From contig CAXSGP010000084.1 in the NCBI GenBank assembly GCA_964236955.1, forward strand, positions 1 through 10,829: a stretch of DNA of 10,829 bases, read 5' to 3'. Below the pieces are notes generated by a model, which was not told where the DNA came from, ran no database searches, and saw nothing but the letters and a program-made list of their open reading frames with translations. Below, one piece after another: positions 7,203-10,829 of the stretch (positions are counted from its first letter, which is position 1; every line of letters begins with the position of its first letter). Both the position numbers and the translations under genes were made by a program. This DNA is from an uncultured Oligoflexus sp. GTDB lineage: Bacteria > Bdellovibrionota_B > Oligoflexia > Oligoflexales > Oligoflexaceae.

Positions 7203-8996
7203 TTAGGGTTTGGCCGCAGCGGCTTCCTCCTGAGCCTCCTTCATCGCCTTTATCTCTCGTGTGATCACGCTTTTAACTGTTGGCACAGCCGACTTTTCCT
7301 TTAGCACAATGAGACAAGGTTCAAGCGCTACAGGATTTCTATCGTAAGCCTTGATCATAAATCGTGTCGCATCATTCGCCAGGTCTTCATTTTTGATAGT
7401 CGCTATTTTTTTCGCAATACGCTCATACTGTGAGCGGGACAAATCCCGGTAGACCATCGCCTTTAGGCCTTCGACCAGAGTGCTGCCATCCTTTTCGCTC
7501 TCTATCCCACTCGTCAAGATCTCATCGACCTCGGGAAGTTTGATCTGTCTGAGGCTATAGAGGCTGGTGGAACGTACCATGGACTCCTTGGATTTGAGAC
7601 TTTCCTTTAGAACGGGCAGGTACTGGGGGGCTCCGTGATTGCCCATAGCCGCGAGAATCGAACGTTTCATGTCACCATTGTCGGGCTTCCGATAGGCGTC
7701 GATCAGAGCCTGCTGGGTCTCGGGAATCTGATCGCCGATTTTAAAGGCGATGGAGCCAGCGGCCAGCACTGCACCCGATGCCGTATCGGTGTCCGGTTTG
7801 GATTTCACGATATCAAGCATTTTCCTGCCGCTCAATGGCGTCGGTGCCGTATGATCGTTCAGTGCTACGATCGCCTGGTCCTTACAAAAAAGGTCTTTGC
7901 ATTCATTGGCCATATCCGCAAGGACGTTCGCGATGCTGGGTTGATCGCTTTGGGCCATGGCTCCAAAAGCCGCGGCAAGCTGTCTTTTCGCACCCTCATC
8001 GCGAGCGGTAATGCCCATAATCGTCTGCCGCAATTCACCCACACGCCCCGGGTTTGACCGCAGCTCAGTCTTAAGCGCATCAAAGATATAGTGCAAATCG
8101 CGGCTATCTGTTTTCTCATCGATCGCAACAAGCCGCTTGAGAGCCTCATCAAATCCAATCGTAGAGAGAGTCGCCGTTGCCAGGGCAATCTCCTTGATCT
8201 TTTTATCGTCGGCTACCTTGAACTCGTCAGCCTGCGCTGGAAGTTTCGTTTGAGCTTTCGGTCCAACCCTAACGAGATCCACCGTCAAGGAGATTATGAA
8301 CTGAGTGCCTTCCAGAGCATTATGTACGAAGACCAGATCCCCATCTGCTGCGATCAGGCGTGATTCCCTGGCGATGAAATAAGTGACAATCTTTTTTTTC
8401 TTATCGAGTACTATGTCGGGATTTTCGTAGGACTTCCAGGTCTTTCCCACCTCATCGTAGCCTGTTTTCTGAGCCACTTTATAGAGCACAAGATATTCCC
8501 CAAGTTCTTCCTTTTCATTATTGGTAAAACTTTCGCCTCGCCCTGCCAATGGCGGTATGAATAGACGCTGCATGATGTTGACCTGCATTCGAAACCATTC
8601 TTTGGGAAAATCCTTGGTAAAGAAGTGCTTATGCTCACCCTCCGAGAACGTGGTCATGATCGGCTTATTGAGGATCTCTTGCATCTGAGCTGCGCTTGCC
8701 TCGCTTGCCCCCGAGGAAAGCCTCGTGATCTCAGTCCAACGGCTGACGATGACGCCTGGCGATTGTTCGACCTGGGAGAGTGTGCCGTCGAGGTTGGCGA
8801 TGACGCTTTCCTCCTTACCTTTCACCCTTTGGGTGGCCTTAAGCCTGACTCTGTAGGCGGCCTCACGATCAGGTGCAAGGCCATGCTGCTTGTAGAGGGC
8901 CAGCGCTGCCTCATGGGAACCTGGTTTCTTAAATGCAAGGACCCAGACTAAAACCGATGCCATCAGTAGCAGAGCGAGATAGATCAGCTTTTTCAA
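7203..8996 (-). CDS. Membrane-anchored or exported HEAT-like repeat protein; putative homolog of the vitellogenin/MTP N-terminal lipid-transport module (597 aa)
   Basis: TTG start with GAGGTG just upstream; N-terminal hydrophobic helix (residues ~4-22); beta-rich region ~45-245; helical solenoid ~280-590 with 'AVLAAGSIA', 'ILAAMGNHGAP' and 'VRSTSLYSLRQI'. The CDS is well supported; the family assignment is by-eye motif matching. Confidence 0.85.
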   Translation of the reverse strand: MKKLIYLALLLMASVLVWVLAFKKPGSHEAALALYKQHGLAPDREAAYRVRLKATQRVKGKEESVIANLDGTLSQVEQSPGVIVSRWTEITRLSSGASEASAAQMQEILNKPIMTTFSEGEHKHFFTKDFPKEWFRMQVNIMQRLFIPPLAGRGESFTNNEKEELGEYLVLYKVAQKTGYDEVGKTWKSYENPDIVLDKKKKIVTYFIARESRLIAADGDLVFVHNALEGTQFIISLTVDLVRVGPKAQTKLPAQADEFKVADDKKIKEIALATATLSTIGFDEALKRLVAIDEKTDSRDLHYIFDALKTELRSNPGRVGELRQTIMGITARDEGAKRQLAAAFGAMAQSDQPSIANVLADMANECKDLFCKDQAIVALNDHTAPTPLSGRKMLDIVKSKPDTDTASGAVLAAGSIAFKIGDQIPETQQALIDAYRKPDNGDMKRSILAAMGNHGAPQYLPVLKESLKSKESMVRSTSLYSLRQIKLPEVDEILTSGIESEKDGSTLVEGLKAMVYRDLSRSQYERIAKKIATIKNEDLANDATRFMIKAYDRNPVALEPCLIVLKEKSAVPTVKSVITREIKAMKEAQEEAAAAKP

Positions 8997-9032
8997 AAAG
9001 CACCTCTCTTAACGATCACGAAGTATAACTGA

Positions 9033-9061
9033 ATTTTAGCACAGCGGCAGGCCGTTCTCGA
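9033..9061 (-). promoter_or_regulatory. Possible sigma70 promoter for the 7203..8996 gene
   Basis: Minus strand TCGAGA-N17-TAAAAT with an extended -10 TG (TGCTAAAAT), about 36 nt upstream of the TTG start. Confidence 0.35.
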
Positions 9062-9197
9062 AGTTCTGCCAACCCAGTCCCGACCATTTCCCTGCATCTG
9101 ATTCGAGAAAGAACCTATGATCGCTATTAAAAAAATATTAAATCTCGATAATTTTTATAATTTTATCATGATGTTAGTTATGAATGATCTTTTACAC

Positions 9198-9225
9198 TAA
9201 ACTTTTACGCCCAGGCTTCCGATAC
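9198..9225 (+). promoter_or_regulatory. sigma28 (FliA)-like promoter for the 9269..10636 lipoprotein
   Basis: TAAACTTT-N12-TCCGATAC, with the same spacing as the site at 2260-2287; 43 nt upstream of ATG. Confidence 0.55.
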
Positions 9226-9268
9226 GAAGTCAGGCAATTCCTTTCTACTAGTGGCTGCGGGAGACCTT

Positions 9269-10636
9269 ATGAAATTACCCCTTTATGCGTTCGCATTTTT
9301 GAGTCTAACTTTGGCTAATGCTTGCAAGAAGAACGTCACAGTTGGCCATGGCGGAGGCGGTGAGGCTGGCCAAGCGGAAGGCAAGGTCGACGAGGGCGAT
9401 GGAGCGGCGGCTGCCGATGGAAAAGAGGGCGAAGAAGTCGTCGACGAAGGAGGCGGAGATGAGGAAGCTGGCGGCGAAGAAACCGTCGAGTCAAGCTCTG
9501 AAGAAAAATTCAGCCTGGTAAAATTCCTAAAATCCCGCACCGAGCCGGATTTGGAAGAAATAAAAATGAAGGTCAATCCCGAGACGACCCTTCTGATCGT
9601 CGGCGAACGCAACCGATTCAGCCTCGAAACGAATACGACCATGGGGGTCGCGCCCAGCACTGACGAATCTGCGCCCGACGAAAGAAAGATCGAGAGCAAG
9701 TTTTGGGTCGATGCCTATATGTTCGATAAGAAAGTGAAAAACATCGGCGCATCGGCTATCAACGATAAATTCATGGAGGCATCGTCAACCGCTATCCTTG
9801 ATCATTTCAACTTTGAAGCTGTCTACCGCTATCTTGGCGTCGATGTTTCGACCAAGACTATTACCGCCGGCTGGGAGCCCCGTTACACCCGGGATAACGA
9901 AGTCAAATTCGGCGCCAATGTCGTCGTCGTCGGTGCGGAAGTCAGCCTGCGAATGGGTGGCGAGGTTGCCGTCAAGTTTGAGTTCGGTGTTCGACGCGAC
10001 GACGTTCTGAATATTGTGTTTCAACCGCAGGCCCACATCACCGCCGGTGTCAGCGGCCAGATTAAACTCCTCGGGGGCCTCGGCTCGGCCGGTCCCAAGG
10101 GTGTGACGAAAATGATGGAATATATGGGCCGGGGCAATGCCAATCTCGGTTTGATTCCAAGCAGCAAGTTGCTTTATGCGGACATAGGTATCGATCCGGG
10201 TGCTATGATCTTTACCGATGGAAAAGTAGATATCGTGGCTTCGTCCTTGGGTCGTGATCTCTGGACCAAAAACGTCTATGACCCTAAACCACTCATCGTT
10301 AAGAAGATACCCCAGTTTGGAGCATCGATCGTTCGTTTCATAAAGAAACCTGAAAGCGCTGAGGCCTGTAAGGCGGCTACCGACGAAGCGGAAAAGATTT
10401 TGACGGCCAACAAAGCGGTTATGGTCAAATACAAAGCAGCTGTGGCCGAAGAGGATCAACCGGTTATAACAGCCTCCCTGGCGCGCATGGATGAAATTTT
10501 GGGCAAGGTTCCCAAGGCCTGTTCGGAAGCCAGCGTCATCGATACGGTTAGCAATAAGCCTGCGGAGATGCCGGCAGCGATGCCCGCAGCGATGCCGGCG
10601 CCAACCCCTGCTCCACCTGCACTTAAAGTGAGATAA
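9269..10636 (+). CDS. Lipoprotein (455 aa): Gly/Glu-rich tether, large amphipathic beta-sheet domain, Cys-flanked helical hairpin and Pro/Ala tail
   Basis: ATG at 9269 with GGGAGA just upstream is preferred over GTG 9251. Signal MKLPLYAFAFLSLTLANA-C19 (slightly non-canonical lipobox). Alternating hydrophobic strands such as 'FNFEAVYRYLG', 'VSLRMGGEVAVKFEFG' and 'PQAHITAGVSGQIKL'. Confidence 0.88.
   Translation: MKLPLYAFAFLSLTLANACKKNVTVGHGGGGEAGQAEGKVDEGDGAAAADGKEGEEVVDEGGGDEEAGGEETVESSSEEKFSLVKFLKSRTEPDLEEIKMKVNPETTLLIVGERNRFSLETNTTMGVAPSTDESAPDERKIESKFWVDAYMFDKKVKNIGASAINDKFMEASSTAILDHFNFEAVYRYLGVDVSTKTITAGWEPRYTRDNEVKFGANVVVVGAEVSLRMGGEVAVKFEFGVRRDDVLNIVFQPQAHITAGVSGQIKLLGGLGSAGPKGVTKMMEYMGRGNANLGLIPSSKLLYADIGIDPGAMIFTDGKVDIVASSLGRDLWTKNVYDPKPLIVKKIPQFGASIVRFIKKPESAEACKAATDEAEKILTANKAVMVKYKAAVAEEDQPVITASLARMDEILGKVPKACSEASVIDTVSNKPAEMPAAMPAAMPAPTPAPPALKVR
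10559..10600 (+). repeat. Coding 12-bp tandem repeat (x3.5) encoding PAEM-PAAM-PAAM-PA
   Basis: cctgcggagatg ccggcagcgatg cccgcagcgatg ccggcg. Confidence 0.8.
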
Positions 10637-10660
10637 GGCTTTAAACCCTTAGCTGGGCGC

Positions 10661-10828
10661 TCACATCACTTTGGCTGCACCTGAAAAAAGTGCCAAGAGA
10701 TTAAGCCAGTGCCGCCCATCAGCCGCTTCGTTATAGGCGGCGCCTTTGCTGTTGTCGTGGCCTGCATCGGGGCGGGTGAAAGAGTGGACCGCGCCGGGGT
10801 AGCCGACGAACTCCTACGGCACTTTGGC
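10661..10828 (-). pseudogene. 3' end of a dienelactone hydrolase-family gene with an in-frame TAG; enters from the right edge
   Basis: Not in the ORF track. Reads AKVP*EFVGYPGAVHSFTRPDAGHDNSKGAAYNEAADGRHWLNLLALFSGAAKVM*. 'YPGAVHSF...AAYNEAAD..W' is the DLH catalytic-His region. TAG at 10814-10816 precedes that His. Confidence 0.8.
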
Positions 10829-10829
10829 T

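Noticed and set aside
9283..10459. Long minus-strand ORFs 9283..9699 and 9785..10459, and similar shadows within the MFS, kinase and 597-aa genes
   Set aside because: Antisense or alternate-frame shadows of well-supported genes; their low-complexity translations simply mirror the sense codons.
9269..10636. Outer-membrane beta-barrel or autotransporter interpretation of the lipoprotein
   Set aside because: It ends in a helical hairpin and Pro/Ala tail with no C-terminal aromatic beta-signal, and it has a lipoprotein-type signal.
1..10829. CRISPR array, tRNA/rRNA, intact mobile element or known riboswitch
   Set aside because: No regularly spaced repeats, cloverleaf, intact transposase/integrase or recognisable riboswitch consensus was found by eye.

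Overview
Bacterial chromosomal window, mostly minus-strand genes, with no rRNA, tRNA or CRISPR array seen. The gene mix (7TM-DISM kinase, orphan lipoproteins, sigma54- and sigma28-like promoters) suggests a Bdellovibrionota/Oligoflexia- or myxobacteria-like organism; this is inference only. From left to right: the 5' end of a Bcr/CflA MFS exporter (missed by the ORF track), a ~120-bp IS5-family transposase relic, a small exported protein with a subtilisin-propeptide-like tail, an orphan lipoprotein, an AraJ-like MFS transporter, a 7TM-DISM histidine kinase, and a small Lys/His-rich exported protein behind a UAS-IHF-sigma54 promoter layout. A divergent gene pair follows, and the window ends in the 3' end of a dienelactone-hydrolase gene interrupted by TAG. 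The best candidate for an undescribed system is the divergent pair. By eye, 7203..8996 carries the motif series of the vitellogenin/MTP/apoB N-terminal module (beta-barrel plus helical domain) but lacks the lipid-binding sheets, while the lipoprotein at 9269..10636 looks like those missing sheets. Together they may form a split bacterial large-lipid-transfer protein. All family calls come from motif recognition, not database searches.
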